In this document: piece after piece, positions 28,201 to 43,200 of the stretch
Position numbering within the stretch: position 1 is the stretch's first letter
Layout: each line of letters opens with the position of its first letter
Source of the DNA: Phoronis australis
Lineage: Eukaryota; Animalia; Phoronida
Assembly: GCA_002633005.1 (NCBI GenBank)
Contig: NMRA01000566.1
Coordinates: 92,646-156,645 of the forward strand
Direction: 5' to 3'
Length of the DNA stretch: 64,000 nucleotides
Made by a program: the position numbers and the translations under genes
Notes under the pieces: generated by a model
Databases searched by the model: none
What the model was told of the DNA's origin: nothing
The model's input: the letters and a program-made list of their open reading frames with translations, nothing else

Positions 28201-31200
28201 GTCTGATGGAACAGCAGACCATCCCATTTTAAGACAGTAAATAAAGTCTTGCAACTCTACTGAGTCAGTCTGAACATAACAAATTGTTTCAATTGGTGGA
28301 AAAATAGCAATATTCCATGTGTTTAATATACACATTCTGGAAAAGTGGCTCAAAGTTAAGAAGAACAGCCCTGCCTGGTATGACCTGTTACTTAGCATAC
28401 AATTAGGCTAAGTTCACAGTGCTGCACATTGTGCCTTTCAAGTAGCCTGCACAATATGCCTTTCAAAATCCTTGTTCTTAAGTCACCAACTGTACCAGAA
28501 TAGCATTAAAGGATGGTTACTTCATTGTAGCATTGAGCTAAGATTGCATGGGCAAGATTGTAGAAGGGCAATGCATTATTGGATGTTGAAACAGGAATGG
28601 ATGCCATACCTGAGCAGTCCCGTCCAAGTTTGCATTTTGGTCCATGAATGCAATGGTCTTTGGCCAACTCGTATTGTTGATTCCAGCCTTGACCTACAGA
28701 GAAGTTTTCAATGGAGGAGGTTAAAAAATATAACATTGCAACCATCTCCAAACAGAGATTAGAAACAACTTTTTTCTAACAAAATTCAATACATTTTTAA
28801 AAGCTGACTTTAAGAGGAACATAATTCACAAACTCGCAGATTATGTTTTCAATTGGGTAGCAAGAAGTGTCAGTAAAATCGATTTAGAATTCAAACTACT
28901 TACAGGCTTTCTCAGGAGACACGTGAATGTATTTGGACATTAGGTCCCCCTCTTCTTCATCAAATAAAGAGAGTCCAGTATTTGGTCGTGCAACAGTAAA
29001 CATGTGACTAGAGTTCTCCTTCTTTGTGGCAAGAAGGTACAAATGTTTGCCCCGTATTTCTCGTCGGGACTTGTAGAAGCCATCTTTGGGATTGTTGTGT
29101 TGGCTTTTCCGCGCTACAGCCGTTTCCCAGCTCATACCTCGGTCTACCGTCAAAGTAATAAGCCTGCATGTGGTTGACGATAATGGTGAATGTAAGCCTT
29201 CTGATTAATGACAACCATCCATCAGCAGCCATTGACATGGAGGATTACAAGATAATTCCAGGACTAAGTTACTAAGATTAATTGACGTAAATGAATTTAG
29301 AATAATTATTCATGCTTGGCCAATATTATCCAAGCTAGAATATAGGATTCAAAGCTTTTTGTATCTCCTATAGCTTGCTAGTATCCTTAGCTGGTATTTA
29401 GAGCAGTTCATTAAGTAACACAAGGTATGTTACCATGTGCCAACAGGTCATGGAACATGTTCATTTTGATCACCAGTTAACAACAGAATGACTGTGTTCT
29501 GCTTAATGATGGAAATTGATAATTAAAGTAAAATTTATAGCTTTAATAATGTTCAGATCAGCAGTTTTTCATAGAAGTATGCACAGCTGTAGTTACCAAG
29601 AAGCAATGTATTCCACCCTTGGAACTATTCTAGGACAAAAAAGATGACATAAGCAACATGATTATTCAACATTTTTAAGTGGCAAACTTTACATCTGTCA
29701 TATCAGAAGTCATTTTAAAGCTAATTCACTAAAAATGGTAAGAAGATTAAGCTTGAAATCATTAATCAGTTGAACTGGTGCACTGCTTAACTTGACCAAA
29801 CTTGCTTAAAACCACACTGGCCCCATGCTTTCTATAAAAACAAATTTTGATTAAGGCCACTAACTGTTACAAAGTTCGTCTCAAATTTCGCCCAAGTCAA
29901 AATAGGTGATTCTTGGGCTTGGAATAAACAGTTGATTATTTTTTCAGGCCAAGCTCTGGTGAAATAACAAACCGTTAACTTCGCTTTTCCCCAAGCTCAA
30001 AAATAACTTCTAAGACGAGAAAGAATATCAAGTGGCCAAAATAAAATCTAGTTTTGACAGAAAGCAAATTATAGGTTTAATGCTGCTTGAATGTTAACAA
30101 ATCAGTACATATGATGCATCATAGACATGGTTAAACAAAATAATCTATTGAACCACACTGAATGGACAAGTTCACAAAATACATGTAGAGACATTATGTG
30201 TTTGGCCATCTTGAGTGGTGATATTGCACGACGGAGGGTGGGTTGAGAAGGAGGGTGACAGGTAGCGAGGGAAGGTGGCTTGAGAAACAAGGTGCCAAGA
30301 GTGAGGGAGGGTGGATTGATTAGGACGAAGACAGGGTCAAGGGAGCGGGCTTTGAGCAAGAGGGTGACAAGGAGCAAGGGAAGAATGGAGCGAACGAAAC
30401 AAAGGAGGCATAACTTTTGAAACATACTTTGTGGCTGACGTGGCCTTCTTATTAGCTTCTGTAAGGATGATACGTGGCTCCCTCTTCAGTGTTATTGAGG
30501 AACCCATGATGTCCACTAGTCCTTCATTGTACCGACCATCTCTCTTGGCAGTTTCAATGGCTGCTTCCATGCTTTGACAGAAGTAATTGAAGAGCTGGAT
30601 GGAAATGGGGAAACATAAACTGATACAGTAACATCTATAACAAGCAATATTAAGTTACATGTAAGTGTATGGCTTCAGTGACATTCAATATTGATATTTT
30701 TGGTGCGATAGTTAAAAGGAGAGTAATCATTTAAGTGTAAGACCATGCTGTCCATAAGACATCATAAACATAATACTTAAAACAGATACATACAGAGTGA
30801 AATTTTGCTTTTAAATAAAACATACTGTTACACAGATTTTGCCCAGACTCCTTTATCTAGACATAACAGCGAACTCGGATGGTAACGCATACAAATTTTT
30901 TACTTCTTACAATATCTTAAAAGGACCTTTCTGAAGTGAAAGTAATGAACGGTAAGGCTTATTGCCTGAATTACTCCTCACTGCGAGAACCATCTCACAG
31001 TTAATTCCAACACACATATGGCGTTTTATTCAATATACTCTGGTACCTGAGGCAGATGGATACTGGTACCACGGATACTGGCAAATGTTCAAAACTAAAT
31101 GTTAAAAGTCATTTCTTAGATTGCTGTTTACTTGCAGAAACGCAATGTGGCACAACAGGCTACTTCATGAATTATTTGAGGATCCAGCATTTGAGTTTTC

Positions 31201-34200
31201 AAATCATTTTTTATTTTGTACGCTATTGCCACCTGGACAGTTGAATACACACAATAGGAAGGGGTTTACATCCACATCAACCTCATACAATGGACATAAA
31301 ATTAAGCAAACAGTCCCAAATCTATAATCAATGTAGCACCAACAAAAAAATTGCTATCCGTTAGACAGATTTTTGTAACAAATGAAGAAATTTTCAAAGA
31401 TCTACTGACATCAGATAATGCACCGTGGTTGTTAAAAGATTTTAATGCCATTCAAGTTCCTTTTCGTGGCTTTAAATTTCATAAAACACACCCAGGCTAC
31501 GATGCTGTTCAATTCCATGGCTGTGTTCCATGTCATTTTAGGCTCGCACTAGACTTTTAAAGGTATAAGCCAAACTCGCTAAAGCGTCTGAAAACTTTTA
31601 GCCATCTTCAAAAATTATCAGCCAAACACTCACAATCCCCAGGTTACAGCAGGGGGTACGCCCACCACATGAGTATGATGTTGACCAAAAAATGAGTAGG
31701 GTTCCCCCCTATCCCCAGGTTACGGCGGGGCTAAGCCGGCCACGTGGGCACTTCATTGATGTTCACCCAACAAAAAACAGTGGTTGAACCTGTCCCAGGG
31801 GTTATGCATTTTATTGATTTTGACCTAAAAAATTGGGTAGGGATTCCTCCTATCGCCACATCACAGCAGGAATACATCACCTTCGTGGGCATTTTGATGA
31901 GAAAGACATTTAGGCTCAAAAACATTGACATAACTTGTGGCTTGCAATATAAAGCTAAATCGTGCAGAGTAGCGAGCAGTATAAAATTCATAAGTAACAA
32001 ACTGACACTTGCTTTTACGTTGAGGCCGACATAGACCAATGAGATATATGAGATCTCGCTATGAAGCGGGAAATCGCCATTAGCACAACTGAATATTTCG
32101 CTGTGGTAAAAGAGTGATTTCAGGGGGAGTGATGGACATGAAATAGAACGTTCACTTGCTATTTTAGGACTCAGAATCAGTTTGCGGCGTGACTAGATTC
32201 GAGCTGACTCTAAGGCGACACGCAAGTAGGTTTCCCCGAAATTAAGTTTTTTATTTTCAAGCTGCAAAAGCATTGGCCAAGTTGGCAAATGGACTTAGCT
32301 CTACCATCACCAGTGCTGCTCAGAATTCGGCAATGGCAAGCTGGCGAGTGGCTAGCGCGAGCCTAGCATTAACAGAATGTCTCATTTAAAGACAAGGTAC
32401 TTATTAGCAGCTTGTGCCTTGGCTGGGCACGCAATCACATAATTCTGCCACTTTGCATGCTTTTTTTCTTCTACTGTTGTCAGCACTTACGATGTTCTGT
32501 TTGCCTACGCTCAGTCCCAGGATCCTGTTGAGGAACTTGCCCACGTCCCCAGCATCCTTCTCTTGTATAGTGGCGCCAGACACGTACGAGTCTCCATGAG
32601 ACAGAAGACCCATTAGAACTAAGCAGTCCTGCACAAACAAACAAGTGTCTGTTTCATAATTAAAGTGACTTAAGACAGAAATTTTCAGCTCCCACTTCAG
32701 AAATGGTGAATGAAGTTTTAGCCAAGTAATGATTACAGTCCAATACTAATTTATAGAAATTATGTTCAGTAACTAGCACTTATCGGTAAATTCTATGACA
32801 CTTTGAAAACATATATCCCAATTTTTATAATCATCCTGTGCGGTTTGGTTGATATAGGGGAGGAAAACAGTAAAAATAGCCAGTACGTGGTGGCGCAAAG
32901 TACCTCAAATCCATCCAAAAACATGAGGACAGCGTCCACTCACTACTAGATACCTAACTGCCAAATTTCATGAAAATCTGTGGAGGACTTTTGAAGATAC
33001 AGAGGTATATGTAAAAAATTATAATTGCCACTAGGGGACACACCAATAGTCGGATCTGTCCAAATTTCATAGTCATCCGCCGGTACTTTCACAGGGACAC
33101 ATCTGCCAAATTTCATCAATACCCTCTAAGTGGCTTAGGAAATACAGCTGCAGATGTCGGATGCTGGATGCCCAAACAGAGATGACAACAATATGCATTA
33201 CATACAAATAGGAGGGCGCATAACAAAATCATCCTCTGTTTTGTTCACATTTCTTTCAAAAGAATTCCTAATCCCAAATTAAAGAGATCTGTAGTTAAAA
33301 ATTACACCCTCCAAAATCAACCCCTTCATCTAGTTTCCACTTCTGCCAAAAGAAAACCTTGAAAACTTGTCATTTCCAAATTGCACTCAAGTAAAAACTA
33401 GGTTTACTTAGTGTGTTAACTTTTGACCTCTTTTCTCAAATTATGACATCTAACTTTAAGGCAGAGGCACTGTTGATAAAATGGCTTATGGAACAAGTCT
33501 TTTGTCAGCAAAAAGTTGACATTTGCGCATTTACTGCTGACTTCTTTCATCAACCAACTTTTTCTATGTCCATTAGCACCCAAGGCCTGTATTTCGATTC
33601 ATTTAGGCCTTGCAACTACTACCAGCCAATGTTTTGGTTTGCAAAATTTAGGTAAATTAAGTTTCAAGAGATAACTACCTTCTCCAGTGCACCTCAAACA
33701 GTTATTTACAGACAGGTTATGTATCCATGGAAACCTGTCATTACAAACACCACACTTAATAACAGTGCCAACAATACACAAATTTGCCCAAAATGGCCCA
33801 AAATTCAACTTCATCACAGCTGGCTGGGCACGCACAAAAGTCCTTGTCAAGGAGGCCATCCGTCATAACCAAGATCATCTCTTGTCAGTTACTTTAATAG
33901 TTTTCAAAAAATACTTACCAAAAGTATTTGATAACAAGCAAAATTCTTGTCTAGGTGTCCATAACCAAGACAAGATTTAGTTATTATATACGAAGTTGTA
34001 TTCCACAAAAAGTCTTAAATTATGGCAAAAACACTGATAGGAACCTGCACTGTAATATTAATCATTAAAAAAATAATTGCAAATATTAGCTCCGAGATTT
34101 ATTTACATTTATTCTTTATTCGATGAGAAGAACTATTTTGCCAACATTTTTTCGAAAACTAACAGTAACAGCAGTTAAATTATCCTGGTCTATGATGCAT

Positions 34201-37200
34201 GTAACATTTGACAAGGTGTTATAGATGATAAAATCAGCTTTCTCACTAGGTGCACGAAAGTAGTTTATTCCACTACTCCACCTGTACATATTGGGGATTG
34301 AACCAACCCACAGACTGCACAGTTAACTGAGATTTCGCGATGTCAAAAAAATAGCGGTTAAGTACCTGCATCTGTTTGTTGAAGTCAACAAAGGCCAGCT
34401 GAGGGGGGCATACTTTGGACAAGACAACTCCAGGAACCAGTGTTCTCTGTAACAATGTAATGTGATCAATCAGCACATTCCGTAGAAACAAAACTTAAAG
34501 CATTCAGCAAGGTTTGGAAACGGGATTCTCTATTTAGTAAACTCCAGTTTTTCCCAGTAAAGCCCCTTACTGTAACACCCTTATCCACTTTTCACCGATA
34601 ACTGCAGGGAATTCTGGGCATCATTGTCATCTGCTTTAACTTGACAGAAAATGCAAGAAGATAAGTTTTCATTATCGTTCTGAAACAAAACTGAGCACAC
34701 AAAACTTGAAAGAGACTGACGTACATGACAGATCCCATGGTACAGCATACGAAGAGCCTGTCTTCCATAGGGGGTGTCAAAGTTGAACTCTGATAGGTCA
34801 GCCCCAGTGGCAGCCCGCCGATCCCCTTTAGTTAAGGCACCTAAAAAGAAAGAAAATGGGATGGACCCGGATAGAAATCTTCTTTGTCTGGAGGTAGGAA
34901 ATTAAAACCAATTGTTACACTGACCTCATTTAGATGACAGAAAATATTGCATCTCTGGATACTTGACAAGTTTAACTTTCTGCTGTCAAAGTAGCAGCCT
35001 ACAGCACAGCAGTACAATTTCGCTGGCGAATAGATATTTTTTTCTTTTCTAATTTTTTTCATAAACATTTCATTTCTTAGAGTTAATGCAGTAGAGAAAA
35101 AGGAAAAAAGCTAGGCACCAAGAAATAGCAAGAGAAACTCCAATGATGCAAAAATGAGGCTAGAGAAAGGCTTGACAGATATTGCAGCATAGTGAGTATA
35201 TACGGTGAGATCAAATTGTCGGTGTGTAATCCGGGACCGTCCAGTCACCACCCGTTTCTTTATTTCAAAAAATCGTATTTCATCTAATTTGCATCATGGT
35301 TCTGCAACTCTAAAGTTTTTCATAAACTAAAATATAACAGGCTTTTAAAATAAACAACAAACTAAACTCAGGAACACAACCATCTAGCAAAACTTCATCA
35401 AAATAGTTTACTCTGTGACTAGCTGTTCACTGGAATTGTTTCTGTGACTATGTCAGCTAAAAGCATCTTACTTAAGCCGCTTAGTGCAACAAAGTATTTT
35501 AATAAAATATTCTATCAGGCATAGAAGCTTCAACTTTTAATAATTCTGACATAAAGTGTAACAAAGTGTCAAAGGTTATGACAGAGATCTGACAGTTGAT
35601 TTCCAAACATAGTTCACCTAAAGATTGCAATCTTCTGGCAACAGCTGCAGTAAATCGTCTTTCCCCACCCAAGTTAGTGGTTGTTAGTTTATACAAAGGA
35701 CCACTGAAAGAAGAACAAGATACAACAATATTGATGAACATACTTTAGTAGCATCCACATGGTCTTAACCATGGCAAGCTTTATCAAAACCAGTGTTTAA
35801 AATAAGTTATTAATTGGACATAAGGAAATCTAAGGCAATTTGGCCAATTATTCAACTACTTTAATTCCACTAGAAGAGTAGACGCTAACAAAACTGATTG
35901 AACAAATGACAGTGCTGAGTGTAGCACAGTTATACACAATGTCATTCAAATTCATTCAAATTCAGTCTATAAATCTGTTAACCAGTATTCATAAGGAACT
36001 TTAACATGTCACAAAAAAACCATCAATAGAATATTTTAATGATTATTCCTTTCGATCTGTATAATGAGAATTCGAGTGAGCTTGTATTAAACTATGCAAC
36101 ATGACAACCTTGCAGTACGATTGATCAGTCTTAAACTGTGTCTAATTCATTAAAGACATTTGGTGTAGTGACGGGAAGAAATGTAATTGTATAAATAAAA
36201 TTGACAGACCTAGTTTGATTTGATCGATGTGATCGTCCCAGTTGTTGGACTGCTTTGTCGGCACTCCAGGGAAGTTCGAAGGTAATGTGAACCCTGCGAC
36301 GCTGATTTGCCACACGCGTGTCCGCATGCAGAGATATGCCAGTACTGGCAGCATCAGAAATGATGGCCACATATTTCGTGCCCTCCATAAAGAGGTTGCG
36401 CTGCAATGAAAACGTCTTACTTTCTAAACATTGACACATACTCTGCTGCCATATCAGTTCGCATTACAACAAGAGCAACGTGGAGCGTTGAAACGCACCC
36501 ACGAATGCATTACAAATGGTGTGCTTTTAAGGTTGCTTATTTGTGTCATAAAATGGGCATTAGATGGTGCAAAAACATAAAATCCATCTGAAAATGGGAA
36601 CATTTCATTGCTTCTTTAATAGAAAGCTATTCAAAAAAATTCATAGAAACCTGCCACAGAACTTCAGAGAAACAAAGGAAAACAGAACAAAATGAAATAG
36701 ACATTAGGGGGCACAGTGTTCATTGGATCCGCCTGAAAGTAGCCATTGTCTGTTGTTCGTTTCATATAAACACACTTACTAAATTTAACAAAGATCCTCC
36801 AGTCGGTTTAGGAGATAGGGCTATGGTCGCAAAACAAAACAAAACTACCACTAGGAGGTGCCAAAGTAGTCAAATTCGTCATCATCAACCATCCTCTTCA
36901 CACAGAGAACATATAAGACAATTCTCAAAACCATTCTTAGAAGGATTTGGTTGATAAGAGAGGTACAGGCCAAAAAAAATCGAAAACAGCCAAAATGGCC
37001 ACTAGGTGGTGCAAAGTGCCTTGATTCCATCCAAAAACGGTAGGATAACGTCATCTCATCAATGTATGCCCGTATTCAAAATTTTATGAAAATCTGTTGC
37101 GGACCTTTGAAGATAAGGTAAACGTGAAACTAAAATTACCACCAGGGGGCATAACAGTAGTCAGATCTGTCCCAAAATCATCCTCGTTTGTTGTCAACAT

Positions 37201-40200
37201 CATATAAATCCACTTCTTAACTTTAGTAAAGATCCTACAAATGGTTTAAGAGATACAGCTGTGGGCGCAAAAAAGAAACTGCCACTAGGAGGCCTCGCAG
37301 TAGTCGAAGACATCGGAAAATCATCCTCTGCCATCCACTTCATAATAAAAACATCCATGCCAATTTTCACAATTATCCTGAAGCCGGTTTGATCTATGGA
37401 GGGGTGGACGCCAAAAAACAAACACCAAAACAGTAAAAATGGCCACTAAGTGGCGCAAACTAGGTCGAATCCATCTGAAAATAAAAAGACAGCGTCACCT
37501 CACTAACAGAAGCCTGTACCCCACATTTTATGAAAATACCTTAAAGACCTTTGAAGATACAGAGGATAACGTAAAAAAATAAAAATTGCCACTAGGTGGC
37601 ACACCTTATGTCAGATCTGTTCGAAAGTTGTCGTCGTCCATTGTCAACATCACATAATGAATGCACTCATTAAATTTAGTAAAGATGCTTCAGAACGGTT
37701 CAGGAGATAAAGCCATAGGCGCAAAAAAAAACAAAACTTTCACTAGGAGGCGCCAAAGTAGTTGAAGTCGTCGGAAAATCATTGTCAACCGTCCTCTTCA
37801 TACTTAGAACATACATGCCAATTTTCACAATCATGCTTAGAGAGGTTTGGTTGACAGAGGGGTGGACGGCAAAAAAACTCGAAAACCGTAAAAGTGGACA
37901 CTAGGTGGTGCAAACTATGTTGAATCCATCCCAAAAAGGGAGGATGTTGTCGTTTCACTACTAGATGCCTATATACCAAATTTCATGAAAAAACTTTGAG
38001 GACCGTTGAAGATACAGACTGAGGTAAACGTAAAAAATAAATTGCCACTAGGGGGCACATCGGTAGTCGGATCCGTCCGAAAGTTCGCTCATGCCGTCCC
38101 ATCCATAAAAGGAACATATGTGCAAAATTTCATGAGCATACGTCAATCGGTTTTGGAGATAGAGCAACGGATGCCCGATGCCACCCGGACGGACGTGAAT
38201 GATGGCATAATGCGTCCACATATAAATATGTGGGCGCATAACAACTATAAAATAACGATAAAATAAAAAATCCAAAATTTAACCGTAAGCAACATTCCTA
38301 CAAGTAAAATGATTGCTTAAAACTTTAGAAAACCGACTAACAAAATTTTAAAATTACACGGCTATTATCACTTTATTGTCACAATAAATATTCAGCAGTG
38401 CGTGAATAATTTTACAGAACAAAAATAAAAATTACATTTTTTACAAGTTTCAAACAGTGCTGAAGCAGGTCAAATTGAAACTGAAAAACTTAGTTAAAGG
38501 GGGTGAATTACCCACTGAATCAATTATTAGACTCCATTCAATGTGCAGAGTTACCATGGCTTAACATAATGCTAATTCAAAGAGCCAAAAACAATTACAA
38601 TTAAGATTCATCTAAAAACATGAACAAAGATGTAATCATTATGGTTGCCAAAGATAGCGCAGCTGGTGTTTTAACTGACAAACGTGGCACTTGGCTTGTA
38701 GCATAGTTGACTGTTCTTAGCCAAGTTAATCCTATATTTCATGGGAGATAACTACCTTGAAATCATCAGACAACAAGGCAGAAACTTCACAAAATTGCGA
38801 ACGAATAGTAAATTTTCAATTGAAGAAATTTCTGCTCAGCTGTTGAATCATGAGTGATGGAAAGGTCTCTTAAGCTTTCAACGCCAATGTTTAATTTATT
38901 CAATTTCAAAACGATTCTGATTCTGGGTCTGAGTTTGAATTTTCAGGCAAGGTACGTACCATTGTGGGATACAACCAAAAGCCTTCGTTTACTGATGATG
39001 TTTTTTACCTGAAATCTTGAATAACCCACAGCACCTGATAAATACTTGCCTCACAATAATCCTTTGACTAAAAATAATTCTAGAGCCTTTTGGTAACGTT
39101 CCCCTACTTTTTTAAGTATATTACTTAAAGTGTTTACCACTGCCACTGTGAAATGTAGTTCTGAAAATATCTCAGCAGTAAAAGTTCAAGCAAATACCCA
39201 GCAGTTGCCTCAAACCTTTAAAGTACTTATCAAAAAACAACAAATAACAGCCCCACCAGTCGATTAGATGACAAATTAGAACACCAACAAACACTATTTG
39301 ACGATATGTTAATTAGTTGACCTCAAGTTTCGAGCACTTATTGGTCAATAGATCCAACCAATCACGCCATTAATCACACTCTATGGTGCTTATTGTGCAA
39401 CCACCAGATATTGCTGTTGGATTATGGTATAATATGCTTATTGTGCACTCACCAGATATTGCTGTTGGATTATGGTATAATAGGAATGGTGAGGAATAGC
39501 GTACGTGGTGTTTGTAAGAACCCACTGTATTTGACCTCACTGTGGCACTTTTCACTTTCCTGATGGACATCAGAGGTTAGTGCGGAGATGGCACAAGTTT
39601 GTACAAGAAACTAAGGTGTTGATGGACACGGCATATTGGCACCGGGTGCATTCATAAGTCACATTCATGTCCGAGGAGCTAAGAAACGTTCATTTAATTC
39701 ACTTTTCTTATACATTGACATTTTTGAGATAATAAATTCATGATTGTTACATAAAGTGCTATAAAGGAAAGATTAATCATGCTCACAGTGCAGTCATTTG
39801 AATGTCTTAACAACTGAAGGTAAATTGTGGTTTTAAACACTCTATTACTGAGCAGCTGTCTAATCACCTCATGCACGTTCATACGGTCTACTCCCTTGTC
39901 ACAGTCACGCAGCTCATAACGAGGCTCGTCGCAAGGGGAGTGGCGTACAATACGACCACGGCGCCCTGTCATCTCGGCCACCTGACCAGGCCCACCAAGT
40001 TTATCAATGATTTCATCCAGAGGGCTGTCAGGGAGAGGAATCTTCTTTACAAAATCCAACAGCATGTTCCTTGCTGTGACAGACCATTGGTCATGCTTGG
40101 GATCTTCTTCAGTCACCTGAATTTCACAGACAAGGGAATACTAAAATACAATTCATCGCATTTTAAACTCTGGTCAGCAAGCCACCTGTGGCCAAATCAC

Positions 40201-43200
40201 ACCAGCTTAAGAACTATAGGATGATATCAAATACAATTACTGAGAAATTTACACTCAAATTTAAAAATTAATAATAAATTTGATCACACCTCGAATTCAA
40301 GAAAAAAACAATTATGTTGTCTAAAATTTATATAGGCAAGGCCCATTATCAAATACTACAACTAACCTAACATTTTTCTTCAGTTTGAGTCATTAGAGCA
40401 CAAAGTCACAATCCTTAATTATAAAGTTTGAACTACACTTTGCGACATTCATAATTAATATGACGCCAATCCTGCCTTCATAGCAGAAACTACATAATGA
40501 AACAGACACACAAATTGAAAAGACACAAAGCATGTGATTGCAGTAACCAAGCTAAAATACCAGACAAATATTATAACACACCCTTGAGGTTTCTATTTGT
40601 GTTGGGAAGTTCAGCTCAATAAAACGGGTCAGCATTTCTCGACAGAGGGAGACAAATCCAGTCAACTTCTCACCGTTTTTGCTGAGCTCACTCACAAGGC
40701 TGGCCTGTAAAATGCCATAAGTTCCTTGAAAACAGAATTTTTAAAAACTTGCAAAAAGCAAAGGTAACAGTTGTCTACAAATTCTTCCATTCTGGACAAA
40801 ATATGGCAGACAAGTAATTTAACAAATTCCTCAATCTAAATACCTTGTAAAAAAGCTTTATCTGAAGTTAGTCCAAAATTTGAAAATTTGCAATAAGTTT
40901 TTAATTACTGAATATAGAAACCATGCAAATTTTAATACTCAATACCAGACATAAATGAAGAAATGTTACCAATGAATGTATATTTTATTTTCATCTTACA
41001 TATTTCATTCTGAGCTGGCGTCAAGTAAGCTCAAAAGTTTTCATTTGGGTAAAATCACATGAACTGATTATTGTGTACAAAGTAGGCTGTTCTTTATCCA
41101 TTCCAGCTGCGTAACTACGACTCAGTTACTAACAGCAAATTCTATTATTAAATAGTATCTGCCACGCATTCAAAGGTGTTTACAAATCAACCATCTACAA
41201 AGTTTAACTTTTTTATTAAGGCTACTTGCAGTAAAGAGGCAGATCTCAAATTGTTCCTGAGTCAGAACTGAAGTGATTTCTGAGCTTAGTAAGAGCCAAC
41301 ACATCGTAATTACTCAGACAAGAGCATACTATATAACTTGAGTTGAATGGGTTGGTCATTTTATGTCCCAACTGAAAAAAGTCTAACACCTATAACCATA
41401 ACAGATGAACTAAAAAGAATTTATTATTTAATAAAAAATAGTCCCTTTAATGCTCAGGGGTACTACCATAAAAGAAGACTTGGCACTCAGATGGAAGTTG
41501 CTTTCAAAACCAATTTCCCATTGAAAGATTGCCTTTTTGTTCCACACACGAGGTTTCATTTTGTGAGATTTTTGTTAAACGGTTAATAGAGGTTTACCAT
41601 ACACCAGCTTTAAAGCACATTTATTTCTTATGACTAGTTTCGAATATCAATTTCTCATTTAGCAGACTGAGTTCTGTGTCTTCTAAACGACCACTGATAT
41701 TCCTGGACAACTTATTTTTACCTCTCCAGTACTCTGAAGGCCGATGACGACACAGAAGTTCTCAGCTAAAGCTTTTTCAGCCTCTTCAACAATGGCTGGA
41801 ACTTTGATCCCCAGACTGAAAGAAAATGCAAGTAATGTGAAGGATTAGACAACATTTTGATTCCCTATAATCATAGCTAATGACCCATTGTTTCAACTAC
41901 TAAACACAACAAGAACGCTTCTCATTTTGATCAATTATAATTGTTGGTGAGAATTGTATCAAGAAATCTCATGGCCACAGTGGTATTTGGATCACTTCAA
42001 CACTCATCACCATTTATCCTTAGCTCCATAGGAAAACTTTCGAGATTGACAAAGACCCTGCAAAGGATGAAGAGATTTGTCAGCAGATACAAAAAAACAA
42101 AATCGCCACTAGGGAGCGACACAGTAGTTGAACCTGTCCAAAAGTCACCTGACCCAATAAATATCAGATAGGTAAAAACCAAAAGAAACATATCCTCCAT
42201 GAGGTTAACTAGTTTCAGAAAACGTACTTTAACAGGGTTTAAAGTCTAAAATTTTCTGCATGTTGTTGAATGCACAGGCTAGTCGATATTGTCCTACAAA
42301 GTGTTAGGTGAGTGCTTTTAAGTCAATTGGTTTCACTACAATTTATCAATTATCTTCCATACGGTTTAATACTAACTCAGGTATCAAATTTGCGAAGACA
42401 AAAAACACTAAATATGGCTGCATCAAGTGACAACAGGAAATTATATTTTTCAATTCCCCAAAATTCTAATCAATGACTGGACTAAGCAGAATTTGAATTG
42501 TAATGGAATTCAGTCTTCAGTGAATGTGTGTATCACACTTCAGTCTAGTTGGTCTTGTGGCAATTTAGAGGTTAATTTATGGCCCCATCTACCTACCACA
42601 GTTGCTTGAAGAATCTTTGATGCGTAGACCAGAAGGCCGACCATATCCTTGTGTTAGTACACCCAGTGCGAGAGATGGCACTCTCCAAGGATTTACGAAG
42701 TTCATTCCTGCAAGAAAGCAGACTTGTAACTCAACTAACCTGTCTCTATTTTCTTTATGAATTAACTTTCTCATTTTGTTTCAAAATTGCATCTAACATA
42801 TCTACACATTGTTTTCAGAATTGTCAAAACTTTCATATTATCTACTGATAAACAAAGGAATCAATCAAAACAAAACAAAACTGACCTCATCTAAAATGGA
42901 AACAATTAAACGTTAACTGGTGAATTGCTTCAAAATAGATATAACATAGAATTTTAATAACTTCACATTCAATCCTTACATTCCTCTCATTCAATATTCC
43001 TTCAACATCATCATAACCATGAAGCAATGCAATCACTGTAGAGCTAAAATACAACTTTTATGCACTCTTAATATTTCTAAACCACGAACACAACAACTGC
43101 ATGCCACGGGTGTATACTTACCAGACATGTGCAGCTGTGTCATACATTTTAACCTGACACTTGGTCAAGTGAATTTCAGTGGTCATGAACTAGAAAAGAA

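Noticed and set aside
27519-28398. Two near-identical 69-aa ORFs
   Set aside because: They arise from the duplication at the N; intronic, with no domain.
30230-30410. Purine-rich degenerate repeat giving a Pro/Leu-rich ORF
   Set aside because: Low-complexity intronic sequence downstream of the exon 23 donor; not coding.
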